From an uncultured Sediminibacterium sp. (GTDB taxonomy: Bacteria; Bacteroidota; Bacteroidia; Chitinophagales; Chitinophagaceae): DNA of 64,000 bases. The stretch is taken from the NCBI GenBank assembly GCA_964460235.1, contig CAYWPM010000009.1, forward strand, positions 28,189 through 92,188, in the 5' to 3' direction. This document shows positions 9,836 through 19,254 of the stretch, one piece after another. The notes under the pieces were generated by a model. That model had not been told where the DNA came from and did not search any database. It worked only from the letters and a program-made list of their open reading frames with translations. The first letter of the stretch is position 1. Each line of letters starts with the position of its first letter. Both the position numbers and the translations under genes were made by a program.

Positions 9836-10498
9836 CTATTGCTGACCGGCAAAGTCCTGTACCAGAAACCATTGATCCTTACCATACAAGGCCGTACCAA
9901 CTCCTATTTCCCTCAAAACTGGATCGAGCAGGGTTTTCCGGTGGCCCAGGGCGGGAAGGTCTATGTCTAAATACAGGAGGACAACGGAGAGCAAGATGCT
10001 CTGGCTGCTGATGGATACGTTTTCGTTGGCCATTCCACGGATACCCGCTATCCGCATCCGGGTAGCAAAATCGTTTCCGTTGGTAGAAATATGACTGGCG
10101 CCGGCCAGGTTGGCTGCCATATCGTTGGCATGTGCCTGGGCGGTCTTAACCAGAATGGGGTTTAGCCGGAACATGGGAAGTGGTCCTGCCTGGAGTAAGC
10201 CCTGTTTCAGACTGCGGGCTTCGGGTGTTTGTAAGCGGGGGAATAGTTGTATGATGGGTGCCGCGGCACTGTCCCAGAATTTTTTTGGGTTGTTGCGGCT
10301 GTAATTGGTCCAGTAAAACAGTTCTTTGGCCTGTGGGGATAGTTTCTGGTATCCGGGTTGTGCAAAATTCCAGCGGTCAACAACGGAGTCCCGGGTAACC
10401 GGTCCGGGTATGGGCCTGACTTCCAACTCAACTACCGATACCTGGGAAAAAGAGAGAATGGGTAGGAAACACAAAAAAATGACCAGTGCCTTAGGCAT
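9836..10498 (-). CDS. CAP (SCP) domain secreted protein
   Basis: Signal peptide; AQAHANDM, HIS, NENV, GHRKTLL and EIGVG CAP motifs. Confidence 0.85.
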   Translation of the reverse strand: MPKALVIFLCFLPILSFSQVSVVELEVRPIPGPVTRDSVVDRWNFAQPGYQKLSPQAKELFYWTNYSRNNPKKFWDSAAAPIIQLFPRLQTPEARSLKQGLLQAGPLPMFRLNPILVKTAQAHANDMAANLAGASHISTNGNDFATRMRIAGIRGMANENVSISSQSILLSVVLLYLDIDLPALGHRKTLLDPVLREIGVGTALYGKDQWFLVQDFAGQQ

Positions 10499-10931
10499 GC
10501 ATTTGCTGTTTCTCAAATAAACGCAAATAATGATCTTCCATTTTCCGCATCAGTTCGATTTCACTTTTCTTTTTGTCTTTATACCCGCATAGGTGCAGGG
10601 CGCCATGAAAGATCACCCGTACGATTTCTTGCCGGTAGGTTTGTTGCAGGTTACGGGCATTGTCTTTGACCCGGTCGAGACTGATATATACTTCCGCCTC
10701 TACCGGCTCCCCTTTTTCCGACAGGCCGAAAGTGATGATGTCCGTATAGTAATCGTGCTGCAGAAAATCACGGTTCATTTGCAGCAGGAATGCATCTGAG
10801 CAAAACACGTAAGTGATGGAAGCAAGCGCCTGCTTTTCTTTTTTGAAGATACCGGCAATAAAAGCTTTGAGTGCGGATCTGCCTGGCAGCTGCAGGCTTC
10901 TGTCAGCTGAACGGAACTGTACGTTGGACAT
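10491..10931 (-). CDS. ybeY: rRNA maturation endoribonuclease YbeY
   Basis: HDYYTDIITF and HGALHLCGYKD motifs. Confidence 0.95.
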   Translation of the reverse strand: MSNVQFRSADRSLQLPGRSALKAFIAGIFKKEKQALASITYVFCSDAFLLQMNRDFLQHDYYTDIITFGLSEKGEPVEAEVYISLDRVKDNARNLQQTYRQEIVRVIFHGALHLCGYKDKKKSEIELMRKMEDHYLRLFEKQQMHA

Positions 10932-10998
10932 AATGATGTATTACTCCAAAATTCGTAACAAAATGCTATGCTACCGCTTTACCTTTAAATATTAATTA

Positions 10999-11241
10999 GT
11001 GGAAATGAAACGATTGTCAGAATTAGCCGTGGGCCAGCAAGCAGTGATCCATTCGTTCGAGAAAGATGAGATATTTATCAAGTTGATGGAAATGGGTTGT
11101 GTTCCCGGAGAACAGGTGAAAGTGGAACAGGTGGCCCCCCTGGGAGATCCGATATCCATATCTGTGGCCGGTTATCACTTGAGCCTTCGGATGAACGAGG
11201 CGCACAGTATCTTTGTAGAAGTAGCGCAACCTCTTAATTAA
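10999..11241 (+). CDS. feoA: FeoA family protein
   Basis: KLMEMGCVPGE...APLGDPI...LSLR. Confidence 0.9.
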   Translation: MEMKRLSELAVGQQAVIHSFEKDEIFIKLMEMGCVPGEQVKVEQVAPLGDPISISVAGYHLSLRMNEAHSIFVEVAQPLN

Positions 11242-11260
11242 TTGATTATCAATTTGTTAG

Positions 11261-11830
11261 ATGAAAGTTGGTCTGTATTTTGGCTCTTTTAACCCCATTC
11301 ATATCGGCCACCTGATCGTGGCCAGTTATGTAGCCAACCATACCGATGTGCAACAGGTCTGGTTTGTGGTATCGCCACAGAACCCGCTGAAACCCTCTTC
11401 TGTATTATTGAATGAGTATGACCGACTGAACCTGGTTCACCTGGCGGTGGAAGACGACCTTCGGTTGAAAGCTTCCGATGTTGAATTCAAACTGCCGCGC
11501 CCCTCGTATACCATTGACACACTTACCTACCTGCAGGAAAAATATCCGCAACATGAATTCTTGGTGGTGATGGGTAGCGATAGTTTTCAGAACCTGCCCC
11601 GCTGGAAGAATTTTGAACAGCTGGTGAAGAACTATTCCTTCCTCATTTACCAACGACCGGGTTTTCCGATAACCGATAACTGGAACGCGAAACACCTGGT
11701 ATTGGAGGCTCCCCTGTTACAACTCTCCGCCACTGAGATCCGCGATACGATCCGCAACGGGAAAACGATCCGTTACCTGGTTCCGGAAAAAGTGCGCGAA
11801 GAGATCGAGCGGAATGGTTATTATAAATAG
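11261..11830 (+). CDS. nadD: Nicotinate-nucleotide adenylyltransferase
   Basis: GSFNPIHIGH, PSYTIDTL, VMGSD and LSATEIR motifs. Confidence 0.96.
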   Translation: MKVGLYFGSFNPIHIGHLIVASYVANHTDVQQVWFVVSPQNPLKPSSVLLNEYDRLNLVHLAVEDDLRLKASDVEFKLPRPSYTIDTLTYLQEKYPQHEFLVVMGSDSFQNLPRWKNFEQLVKNYSFLIYQRPGFPITDNWNAKHLVLEAPLLQLSATEIRDTIRNGKTIRYLVPEKVREEIERNGYYK

Positions 11831-11896
11831 TGTCGTTGTTTTGTACAAAACAGATTTCTAAAATAATACCGTACTTGCAGGTAACAGAGCCGGGTT

Positions 11897-12817
11897 ATGA
11901 AAAAAATTTGCTACCTCTTTCTTGTGTTACTGCTGCCAGCTGTTTCTCATGGCCAGGCAAAGAACAAACTGGGTATGCTCGAATACCTGGTGAATGCTAC
12001 GATCAAAATACAGACAGTTGACAGTGTGGTCAAACGTGACGGGAAAGAGATCTACTACGGCGGCTACAGTACCGGTTTCTTTTTTCTGCTGGACACACGC
12101 AATGGAAAAGTTCCTTCCATCATCACAACAAGAACTGCCGTGCAATCGGCGCAGTCGCTCAACTTTTTTTTCCTGGAAGCGGATACGGCGGGCCTGCCTC
12201 TGTATGGTAAGGAGCGACAGGTCACCATTGCCCGGAAAGAACTGCCGATCCTTTTCCATCCCGAACCCAACGTAGACCTGGCCCTGATCCCGATCAACCC
12301 TGTGATCGATGGCCTGGCCAGGCAAAAGATCCGGATCAGTTATCACAGTCTTGACGAATCCATCATCCCTTCCGACTCTGTCATGAACAGGCTGAACGTG
12401 TCGGAGGACCTGATGATGATCGGACACCCTTCCGGCATCCGGCCTGAATTCAACGGGGTGCCCTTTATAAAAAAGGGCGTGAGCGCCACACCGATGTTTC
12501 TGGATTACCACCAGCAAAAAGAGTTCCTGGCAGACATTCCCCTATACGATGGTGCAGCCGGTGCGCCGGTGATCCTCTACCAGATCAACTATAACGACCG
12601 TTACGACAAACGAACGATCGCGCAGCGTTTGTTCCTGGTGGGGATCAATTATGGTGCCCTCTCCGATGGTTACAGAACAAAAACGGTCCCACGTTTAACG
12701 CACGTGTTAAATGGTGAGGAACTGGGGTCAACTGAAAAGATATTTGATGCGGCCATCATCGTCAAATCACAAAAAATACTCGACTTCAGAAAATTACTGG
12801 AGGTATTCAAAAAATAA
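11897..12817 (+). CDS. Secreted trypsin-like fold protein, catalytic His and Ser apparently replaced
   Basis: STGFF, DLALIP and MIGHP are present. The His position reads TTRTAV and the Ser position reads DGAAGAPV. Confidence 0.65.
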   Translation: MKKICYLFLVLLLPAVSHGQAKNKLGMLEYLVNATIKIQTVDSVVKRDGKEIYYGGYSTGFFFLLDTRNGKVPSIITTRTAVQSAQSLNFFFLEADTAGLPLYGKERQVTIARKELPILFHPEPNVDLALIPINPVIDGLARQKIRISYHSLDESIIPSDSVMNRLNVSEDLMMIGHPSGIRPEFNGVPFIKKGVSATPMFLDYHQQKEFLADIPLYDGAAGAPVILYQINYNDRYDKRTIAQRLFLVGINYGALSDGYRTKTVPRLTHVLNGEELGSTEKIFDAAIIVKSQKILDFRKLLEVFKK

Positions 12818-12956
12818 AACGCCCCTTGTTCTCTTTTTCTTTTTTACCTCTTATTGAAACATCCTCCATGATCATTACACTTGGCGATTGTCTGGAAAAG
12901 GGTTCGATAAGAGAAGGACAAAAGAAAAAGAGAGAAAGAGAACTTAGGGGGAAATA

Positions 12957-12988
12957 AAAAAGGGAGACAATTTGGTTGTCTCCCTTTG
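12957..12988 (-). terminator. Intrinsic terminator downstream of rho
   Basis: AAAGGGAGACAA/TTGTCTCCCTTT stem. Confidence 0.75.
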
Positions 12989-13006
12989 TATAAGTTAGGG
13001 TCGCTG

Positions 13007-14611
13007 TTATCGGTTCATCGACATCAGGAACTCTTCGTTGTCTTTGGTTCCGCGCATACGTTTCAGCAGTTCGCTCATGGCTTCTTCGGTGTTCATATCG
13101 TTGATGAAGAGGCGGAGGATATTCATGCGCTGCAGTACTTCCTTGTCGAGCAGCAGGTCGTCGCGACGGGTAGAAGAACCGGTGAGGTCGATGGCAGGGA
13201 AAATACGCTTGTTGGCCAAACGGCGGTCGAGCTGTAGTTCCATGTTACCGGTACCTTTGAATTCTTCAAAGATCACTTCATCCATTTTACTTCCCGTTTC
13301 GATCAGGGCCGTTGCCAGGATGGTGAGTGATCCGCCGTGTTCAATTTTACGGGCGGCGCCGAAGAACTGTTTGGGTTTCTGCATGGCGTTGGCTTCCACA
13401 CCACCAGACAGTACTTTACCGGATGCCGGAGCAACGGTATTGTGTGCACGTGCCAAACGGGTGATGGAGTCGAGCAGGATCACCACATCGTGTCCGCATT
13501 CCACCAGGCGTTTTGCTTTCTGCAGTGCGATGGTGGATACCTTAACGTGTTTTTCTGCGGGTTCATCGAAAGTGGATGCGATCACTTCTGCGCGTACACT
13601 GCGTTCCATATCGGTCACCTCTTCCGGACGTTCATCGATCAGCACCACCATCAGGTAACACTCGGGGTGGTTGGCTGCAATGGCGTTGGCCACTTCTTTC
13701 AGCAGCATGGTCTTACCCACTTTGGGTTGCGCCACGATCAGTCCACGCTGGCCTTTACCGATGGGGGTAAAGATGTCCATGATACGGGTGCTGTAGTTAT
13801 TGGAAGTGGTGAACAGGTTCAGCTTTTCGAAAGGGAACAGCGGGGTCAGGTAATCGAACGGTACACGGTCGCGAACTTCGTCCGGGCGTTTGCCGTTGAT
13901 GCTGTCAACCTTTAACAGGGCAAAATATTTTTCACCTTCTTTGGGAGGACGGACCGCACCATGTACGGTATCGCCTGTTTTTAGACCAAACAGTTTGATC
14001 TGAGAAGGGGAAACGTATACGTCATCCGGGGATGATAAGTAGTTGTAGTCTGAGGAACGTAAGAATCCATATCCATCGGGCATCATTTCCAATACACCCT
14101 CGCCCAGGATCACACCTTCGAACTCGATGTTGAATGCGGGTTCTTTGCGCTGTTGTTTGGCGGGGTATTGGTGCTGGGGCGCATCTGGCGTTGTGCCGTT
14201 CTCGCCGGGCTGGTTGGCTTCGGTTGTAACAAGGGTATCTGCTGCAGCTTCCGTTCCTTCCTGGGGCTGCGGTGCGGTATCTGCCTTGGCGGTCTGCTGA
14301 CGGCCATCTGTTTTGCCTTTACGGGCCGGTCCTTTGCGGGGTGCTGCTTTTTCTGCCGGGGCGGGCGCTTCCTGCATCACTTCAGCTTCTTCGGTTCCGT
14401 TGGTGGTCTTTACCGTAACGGGTTTGCGCTGCCGGGCGTTCTTTTTCTTGGGGTCTTCTTTGGTCTCACTGGCCTGCAATGCCTGGCTGTCCAGTATTTT
14501 GTAGATGAGCCCCTGTTTGTCCAATTTTTTGGCTCCGCTGATGTTCAGTTGCTCAGCAATATCCAGCAACTCAGGCAGGAGCATGTCATTTAATTGCAAA
14601 ATGTCGTACAT
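13007..14611 (-). CDS. rho: Transcription termination factor Rho with polar N-terminal insertion
   Basis: [37 protein letters not shown] and [11 protein letters not shown] motifs. Confidence 0.98.
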   Translation of the reverse strand: MYDILQLNDMLLPELLDIAEQLNISGAKKLDKQGLIYKILDSQALQASETKEDPKKKNARQRKPVTVKTTNGTEEAEVMQEAPAPAEKAAPRKGPARKGKTDGRQQTAKADTAPQPQEGTEAAADTLVTTEANQPGENGTTPDAPQHQYPAKQQRKEPAFNIEFEGVILGEGVLEMMPDGYGFLRSSDYNYLSSPDDVYVSPSQIKLFGLKTGDTVHGAVRPPKEGEKYFALLKVDSINGKRPDEVRDRVPFDYLTPLFPFEKLNLFTTSNNYSTRIMDIFTPIGKGQRGLIVAQPKVGKTMLLKEVANAIAANHPECYLMVVLIDERPEEVTDMERSVRAEVIASTFDEPAEKHVKVSTIALQKAKRLVECGHDVVILLDSITRLARAHNTVAPASGKVLSGGVEANAMQKPKQFFGAARKIEHGGSLTILATALIETGSKMDEVIFEEFKGTGNMELQLDRRLANKRIFPAIDLTGSSTRRDDLLLDKEVLQRMNILRLFINDMNTEEAMSELLKRMRGTKDNEEFLMSMNR

Positions 14612-14867
14612 AAGAAATAAAATCTGTTAATAGGGGAAATTCAATTTGTCAAGGGTTAAAAATCCAGTCTAAGGAACTTTGGAACTCAGATCGGGTTGTG
14701 ATTGTTTGAGCGGAAAGAGAGTAAACAGGTTGTGTCGAGAGCGAATTGAAGACCGAACCGGTTTGGTTTCCAGTGCAATGTTAAGCCAGATTTTCGGAAA
14801 ACAAACATTTTTTTGGGCTTTTTAGGCTTAGAATCCTGTTAAAACACGGTTTGGCGGCCGGTTTGGT

Positions 14868-14875
14868 TATCTTTG
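14868..14875 (+). promoter_or_regulatory. Bacteroidota -7 promoter element upstream of asnS
   Basis: TATCTTTG matches TAnnTTTG. No correctly spaced -33 TTTG was found. Confidence 0.5.
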
Positions 14876-15020
14876 CGGTCCGAAATATTGGCGGACCGGC
14901 GGATCATGGATTGGCGGATCATCCCAAACCCATTCATAAGACCGCGACCCCAGATTCAGCAATGAACAGATGAACATTCACTCATCCGCTCATTCACTCA
15001 TTCACTCATTGACAGACAAC

Positions 15021-16460
15021 ATGTTTAACAAGAGAACCAAGATCAAACAACTGCTCGCCACCGGTGCGGCAGGACAGGAAGTGACCGTAATGGGTTGGGT
15101 ACGAACCTTTCGTAACAACCAGTTTATCGCATTGAACGATGGCAGCACCAATCATAACCTGCAGGTGGTGGCTACACTGGGAGAATTTGAAGAGGCTTTG
15201 CTGAAACGCCTCACCACCGGTGCTTCTGTGAAAGTGACCGGCCAGGTGGTTCCTTCTGTGGGTAAGGGACAGAGCATTGAAGTAAAAGCTGCGACCATTG
15301 AGATACTGGGTGACAGTGATGCGGAGAAATATCCCCTACAGCCCAAAAAACACAGCCTGGAATTCCTGCGTGAAAAAGCGCACCTGCGTTTCCGTACCAA
15401 TACGTTCGGGTCGGTATTCCGTATCCGCCACTCGCTGGCTTTTGCGGTGCACCAGTTCTTTCACCAGAAAGGTTTTGTGTACCTGCATACACCCATCATC
15501 ACCGCCAGTGATGCAGAGGGTGCGGGTGAAATGTTCCGCGTAACCACATTGCCGATGGATAATCCGCCACGTAACGAAGACGGTTCCATCAACTTCAAGG
15601 AAGACTTTTTTGGCAAGAGCGCCAACCTTACGGTAAGCGGTCAGCTGGAAGGTGAGCTGGGCGCCATGGCATTCAGCGAGATCTATACGTTCGGACCTAC
15701 TTTCCGGGCAGAGAATTCGAATACCACCCGCCACCTGGCCGAGTTCTGGATGATCGAACCGGAAATGGCTTTTCATGACCTGGAAGACAATATGAACCTG
15801 GCGGAAGAGTTCATCAAATACCTGATCCGGTATGTGATGGACAATAACCGCGAGGACCTGGAATTCCTGGCGCAGCGACTGGCCGAAGAAGAAAAACAGT
15901 TGCCGCAGGACAAGCGCAGTGAACTGGGCCTGATCGAGAAACTGGAGTTTGTGCTGAACAACGATTTCCAGCGGCTTACTTACACAGAAGCGATCGAGAT
16001 CCTGAAAGAGAGCAATCACAATAAGAAGAAGAAATTCCAATACCTCGTAGAGGGCTGGGGTGTGGACCTGCAGAGTGAGCATGAGCGTTACCTGGTAGAG
16101 AAACACTTCAAGAAACCGGTGATCCTGACCAATTATCCAAAAGACATCAAAGCGTTTTACATGCGCCAGAACGATGATGGCAAAACCGTAGCGGCCATGG
16201 ATATACTGGCGCCGGGAATCGGAGAGATCGTTGGTGGGTCGCAGCGGGAAGAGCGCCTGGACAAACTGGAGCAGCGCATGAAAGAAATGCATATCCCCGC
16301 GGAAGAGCTGAGCTGGTACCTCGATACCCGCCGTTTCGGAACCGTGCCGCATGCAGGTTTCGGACTGGGATTTGAGCGGATGGTGTTGTTTGTGACGGGC
16401 ATGACAAATATCCGCGATGTGATCGCTTTTGCAAGAACACCCAATAACTGTGAGTTCTAA
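15021..16460 (+). CDS. asnS: Asparagine--tRNA ligase
   Basis: [28 protein letters not shown] and [11 protein letters not shown] motifs; start taken at MFNKR. Confidence 0.97.
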   Translation: MFNKRTKIKQLLATGAAGQEVTVMGWVRTFRNNQFIALNDGSTNHNLQVVATLGEFEEALLKRLTTGASVKVTGQVVPSVGKGQSIEVKAATIEILGDSDAEKYPLQPKKHSLEFLREKAHLRFRTNTFGSVFRIRHSLAFAVHQFFHQKGFVYLHTPIITASDAEGAGEMFRVTTLPMDNPPRNEDGSINFKEDFFGKSANLTVSGQLEGELGAMAFSEIYTFGPTFRAENSNTTRHLAEFWMIEPEMAFHDLEDNMNLAEEFIKYLIRYVMDNNREDLEFLAQRLAEEEKQLPQDKRSELGLIEKLEFVLNNDFQRLTYTEAIEILKESNHNKKKKFQYLVEGWGVDLQSEHERYLVEKHFKKPVILTNYPKDIKAFYMRQNDDGKTVAAMDILAPGIGEIVGGSQREERLDKLEQRMKEMHIPAEELSWYLDTRRFGTVPHAGFGLGFERMVLFVTGMTNIRDVIAFARTPNNCEF

Positions 16461-16475
16461 GGGATTGAACATACG

Positions 16476-16512
16476 AAAGCCGGGGTTGGGAAACCAATCC
16501 CGGCTTTTTTTT
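16476..16512 (+). terminator. Intrinsic terminator after asnS
   Basis: GCCGGGGTTGG-GAAA-CCAATCCCGGC followed by a T run. Confidence 0.85.
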
Positions 16513-16592
16513 GCCCGGAGGTCTCATGACCGGTCCCGGGTAAAAATTTTGAAAATCCTTCCCAATAATGTGGATTATTTGTGAAATCCCCC

Positions 16593-16600
16593 TACTTTTG
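16593..16600 (+). promoter_or_regulatory. -7 promoter element for tRNA-Phe
   Basis: TACTTTTG (TAnnTTTG) ends 21 nt upstream of the tRNA. Confidence 0.6.
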
Positions 16601-16621
16601 CTGCCCCGAAAGGGTGAAAAA

Positions 16622-16694
16622 GGTGCGGTAGCTCAGTCGGTAGAGCAAAGGACTGAAAATCCTTGTGTCGCCGGTTCGATCCCGGCCCACACCA
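16622..16694 (+). tRNA. tRNA-Phe (GAA)
   Basis: 73-nt cloverleaf: D arm GCTC/GAGC, anticodon arm AAGGA-CTGAAAA-TCCTT, T arm GCCGG-TTCGATC-CCGGC. CCA is not encoded. Confidence 0.97.
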
Positions 16695-16696
16695 CA
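16648..16696 (+). repeat. att core copy in the intact tRNA
   Basis: AAGGACTGAAAATCCTTGTGTCGCCGGTTCGATCCCGGCCCACACCACA, identical to 48945-48993. Confidence 0.97.
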
Positions 16697-16704
16697 AGAC
16701 AGAT

Positions 16705-16738
16705 AAGGCTTTCATGCGATTAGCATGGAAGCCTTTTT
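16705..16738 (+). terminator. Element-supplied terminator behind the tRNA
   Basis: AAGGCTTTCATGC/GCATGGAAGCCTT stem plus T run. Confidence 0.7.
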
Positions 16739-16745
16739 CTTTGGT

Positions 16746-16767
16746 GGTACAACATAGGTACAACAAA
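16746..16767 (+). repeat. Candidate integrase arm-type site, left copy
   Basis: GGTACAACATAGGTACAACAAA (tandem GGTACAACA), identical to 48825-48846. Confidence 0.8.
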
Positions 16768-16856
16768 AAGGCACAGCTGTTTCCTGTCCTATGTATAGAG
16801 AGAGCCATTTTTGAAATGGCATTGTTTCTCAGTAACTTGTATTAAAATTATTATTT

Positions 16857-17126
16857 GTGCAAGTAATCTGTCTCCAGGAAGATGCATTCTATGCTCTGAT
16901 TGATAAGGTGCTGGAGCGCGTTAAGGAAAGGAATGGCAAAACAGAAGACAAATGGATTGGCTCAGAAGAGGCAATGAAGAAGCTGCGGATTACGAGTAAA
17001 ACAACACTTCAGGAGTTACGCGATGGTGGCGAAATTCGGTTTTCGCAACCACGGAAGAAGGTCATATTATATGACAGTGATTCAATAAATGAATACCTCG
17101 AGCGGCACGCACGAGAAACTTTTTGA
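16857..17126 (+). CDS. Excisionase-like HTH protein
   Basis: KWIGSEEAMKKLRITSKTTLQELRDGGEIRFSQ pattern. It would be divergent from the integrase across attP in the circle. Confidence 0.85.
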   Translation: MQVICLQEDAFYALIDKVLERVKERNGKTEDKWIGSEEAMKKLRITSKTTLQELRDGGEIRFSQPRKKVILYDSDSINEYLERHARETF

Positions 17127-17127
17127 T

Positions 17128-17379
17128 ATGGAAACAGAAATTGAACCATCGAAAGAGTTTACCAAGGGCTTTAATGATGCCTACCTATTGGCAATGGCGG
17201 AGCCTGTGTTATTGGCTGATATTTCCCAAAGCGTGAATCCGGAGAGCGAATATTTTGATGGATTTTTCAGCGGGAAAGAGCAGTGGGAACTTGAGCAAAC
17301 CAAACTTCAAGAAAAGGAAATCCAAGATATACGAAATAGGGCAAACGAGCATGGACGTGATTTAGAAAGGGGTCGGTAA
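17128..17379 (+). CDS. Hypothetical acidic protein (83 aa)
   Basis: ATG immediately after the xis stop; FTKGFNDAYLL...YFDGF. Confidence 0.7.
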   Translation: METEIEPSKEFTKGFNDAYLLAMAEPVLLADISQSVNPESEYFDGFFSGKEQWELEQTKLQEKEIQDIRNRANEHGRDLERGR

Positions 17380-17413
17380 TACCGAATATTTTCTAATCCT
17401 AAAATGTATCACT

Positions 17414-17620
17414 ATGTCTGATTGTTCTGATTGCGGCGGTAGCGGCAAAGTTGCTTGCAGCAAATGTGATGGAACCGGAGAGGTTCGAAACAGTTCATAC
17501 ATTCCTGTTATTGCTGAGGTAACTAACCTCGCAAATGATTGGGTAACGTGTCCATATTGCCACGGATCGGGTGAGCGTACATGCTCACGATGTGATGGTT
17601 CAGGATATGATCCTGATTAA
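17414..17620 (+). CDS. Stand-alone DnaJ-type zinc-finger microprotein
   Basis: Four CxxCxGxG repeats in 68 aa (CSDCGGSG, CSKCDGTG, CPYCHGSG, CSRCDGSG). Confidence 0.85.
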   Translation: MSDCSDCGGSGKVACSKCDGTGEVRNSSYIPVIAEVTNLANDWVTCPYCHGSGERTCSRCDGSGYDPD

Positions 17621-17669
17621 ATTCAATGAAGTAATTATTGAATGGGAGTTATTTTTTTAAGAGTAAGGG

Positions 17670-17740
17670 TAGGGTTGCAAGATTGCATCTCGCCATGGCG
17701 ATATTGATGCTCTCTTGCGGGGATGTATCCCCGACCCCTC
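17670..17740. other. Candidate origin of transfer (oriT)
   Basis: Nested inverted repeats GCAAGA/TCTTGC and GCATC/GATGC around the palindrome TCGCCATGGCGA, followed by the CGGGGAT/ATCCCCG hairpin; next to the relaxase. Confidence 0.55.
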
Positions 17741-17767
17741 TTAGCAACAACGCCGCAGGCGATGGTG

Positions 17768-18709
17768 CTATCGCTCTCTATCGCTTTCGGCTTTAGTTGG
17801 TTGAGCTTTGGAAGGTGATGTAGTTGTAGTCTCCTGCTCAATAATCCTTTCGGGATTTTTTCTTTTGCGTAGTTGCTGTAATGCTTCTAACTCTTGAATT
17901 TCTATTGATGGTTCGGATGGTTGTATAACGTCTTCAATGGTGGGAGCTACCATTTGTGGAACCAGAGCATCTGTATCTACACCCAATTTTGAGAATCGAA
18001 ATTTTTGCTCTCCGGCAAACTTTATTCCAGTTAATTTCCCTCCTCTATAATATGGTTCGTGTCCTGCCTGTTTTAGTTCTTCTAAAACAGACTCCAAAGA
18101 AGTGGCATTCACCGAAGCACTTTTGATTAGGTCAATCAATTCCTGTTTTTTAGAAGCGCGACCTCCTCGGAGATCAAGAGATGGGCTTGCCATATAAACT
18201 TCGCTTTTGCCATGTTCGGGAAGCGAATTAATAAGTTCTGGATATTTTTCCTGTTGATAGGATTGAAGAGCCAGTTTTATATGTTTGAATTCTTCGCGAG
18301 AAATTCTATTGCTTTCGCCGGTACGATATTTAGTACCAGATTGTACCAGGTGAATATGCGTGTGCTCTTTTTCATAATGTACGGCTCCGATATACATACT
18401 ATCGCCTCCTCGGAGCTTCATATATTGTTTCGCAATATCATTGAGCATCTGTTCGGTAATTACGCCTTTGTCCTTATTTGAAAATGAAAGGACGGTATGA
18501 AAGAGCTTTACATTATCGCTTCTATTATTGATGCGTAAGGATTCGTTTTCCTTAAATTCTTTGATCCATTCCTCCATCGAATTTGAGCGCAGATTCTTCT
18601 TTATTAGCACAGGGTTTTTATCTTCTGCTACCAGTCGAGATGTATCATTAAATAGATATTTGATAAGCTGACCAGCCCCAGACCGTCTACTCATAGATTT
18701 AACTATCAT
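17768..18709 (-). CDS. Relaxase/mobilisation nuclease (MOB-P-like)
   Basis: N-terminal IKYL tyrosine, HTVLSF and the VHYEKEHTHIHLV His motif. Confidence 0.88.
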   Translation of the reverse strand: MIVKSMSRRSGAGQLIKYLFNDTSRLVAEDKNPVLIKKNLRSNSMEEWIKEFKENESLRINNRSDNVKLFHTVLSFSNKDKGVITEQMLNDIAKQYMKLRGGDSMYIGAVHYEKEHTHIHLVQSGTKYRTGESNRISREEFKHIKLALQSYQQEKYPELINSLPEHGKSEVYMASPSLDLRGGRASKKQELIDLIKSASVNATSLESVLEELKQAGHEPYYRGGKLTGIKFAGEQKFRFSKLGVDTDALVPQMVAPTIEDVIQPSEPSIEIQELEALQQLRKRKNPERIIEQETTTTSPSKAQPTKAESDRER

Positions 18710-19254
18710 ACAGATTCTGTTGTGTTGATGATGGAAAGAATCTTTTCTTTTGCATTTGGACGCATGGAGATGAGTTCCGTAATATGCTGCTCTAATGACT
18801 TAGGATTGTGGAGGGCAGATAGGATGGAATGCTCAAGCGAGTAGAAGTGATCAATTGCCTGCTTTCCTTCTGCCATGGAAAGGCTGTCTGATTCTATAAG
18901 CTCTTGGAGGGCGTTAAGTGTAAGTCCGATAAGTTGCCCAATACTTCTCACCGCTTTACCGTCGGGTACAATATAAACGGAATCGATGTAGGCTAAAGTT
19001 GCCTGTTTGATGAACCGAGTTCGGCTTGTATGATGGCGCTTTGCAGCATCGTCTAAAATCTGTAATTCATCATCATTCCATGATGTAATAAATTCTGTTT
19101 CGGCAGATCGTTTTGCTTTTCTCCATGCGGCTTTGTATGTTGCCCAATATTGTTTTTTAGCTGCGGAAATTTCTTCCTCAGTTCCCTGTTCCAATATGCC
19201 GAGTGATTCGAGGTATTGATACACATTTTGTTGTATGGGCTTTCCCGATTTCAC
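18706..19254 (-). CDS. MobC-like relaxosome accessory protein
   Basis: 4-bp overlap with the relaxase; RHH-like segment ELQILDDAAKRHHTSRTRFIKQA. Confidence 0.55.
   Translation of the reverse strand: MKSGKPIQQNVYQYLESLGILEQGTEEEISAAKKQYWATYKAAWRKAKRSAETEFITSWNDDELQILDDAAKRHHTSRTRFIKQATLAYIDSVYIVPDGKAVRSIGQLIGLTLNALQELIESDSLSMAEGKQAIDHFYSLEHSILSALHNPKSLEQHITELISMRPNAKEKILSIINTTESV

Noticed and set aside
15336-16472. 378-aa minus-strand ORF
   Set aside because: Fully antisense to asnS with no recognisable motifs; typical shadow ORF.
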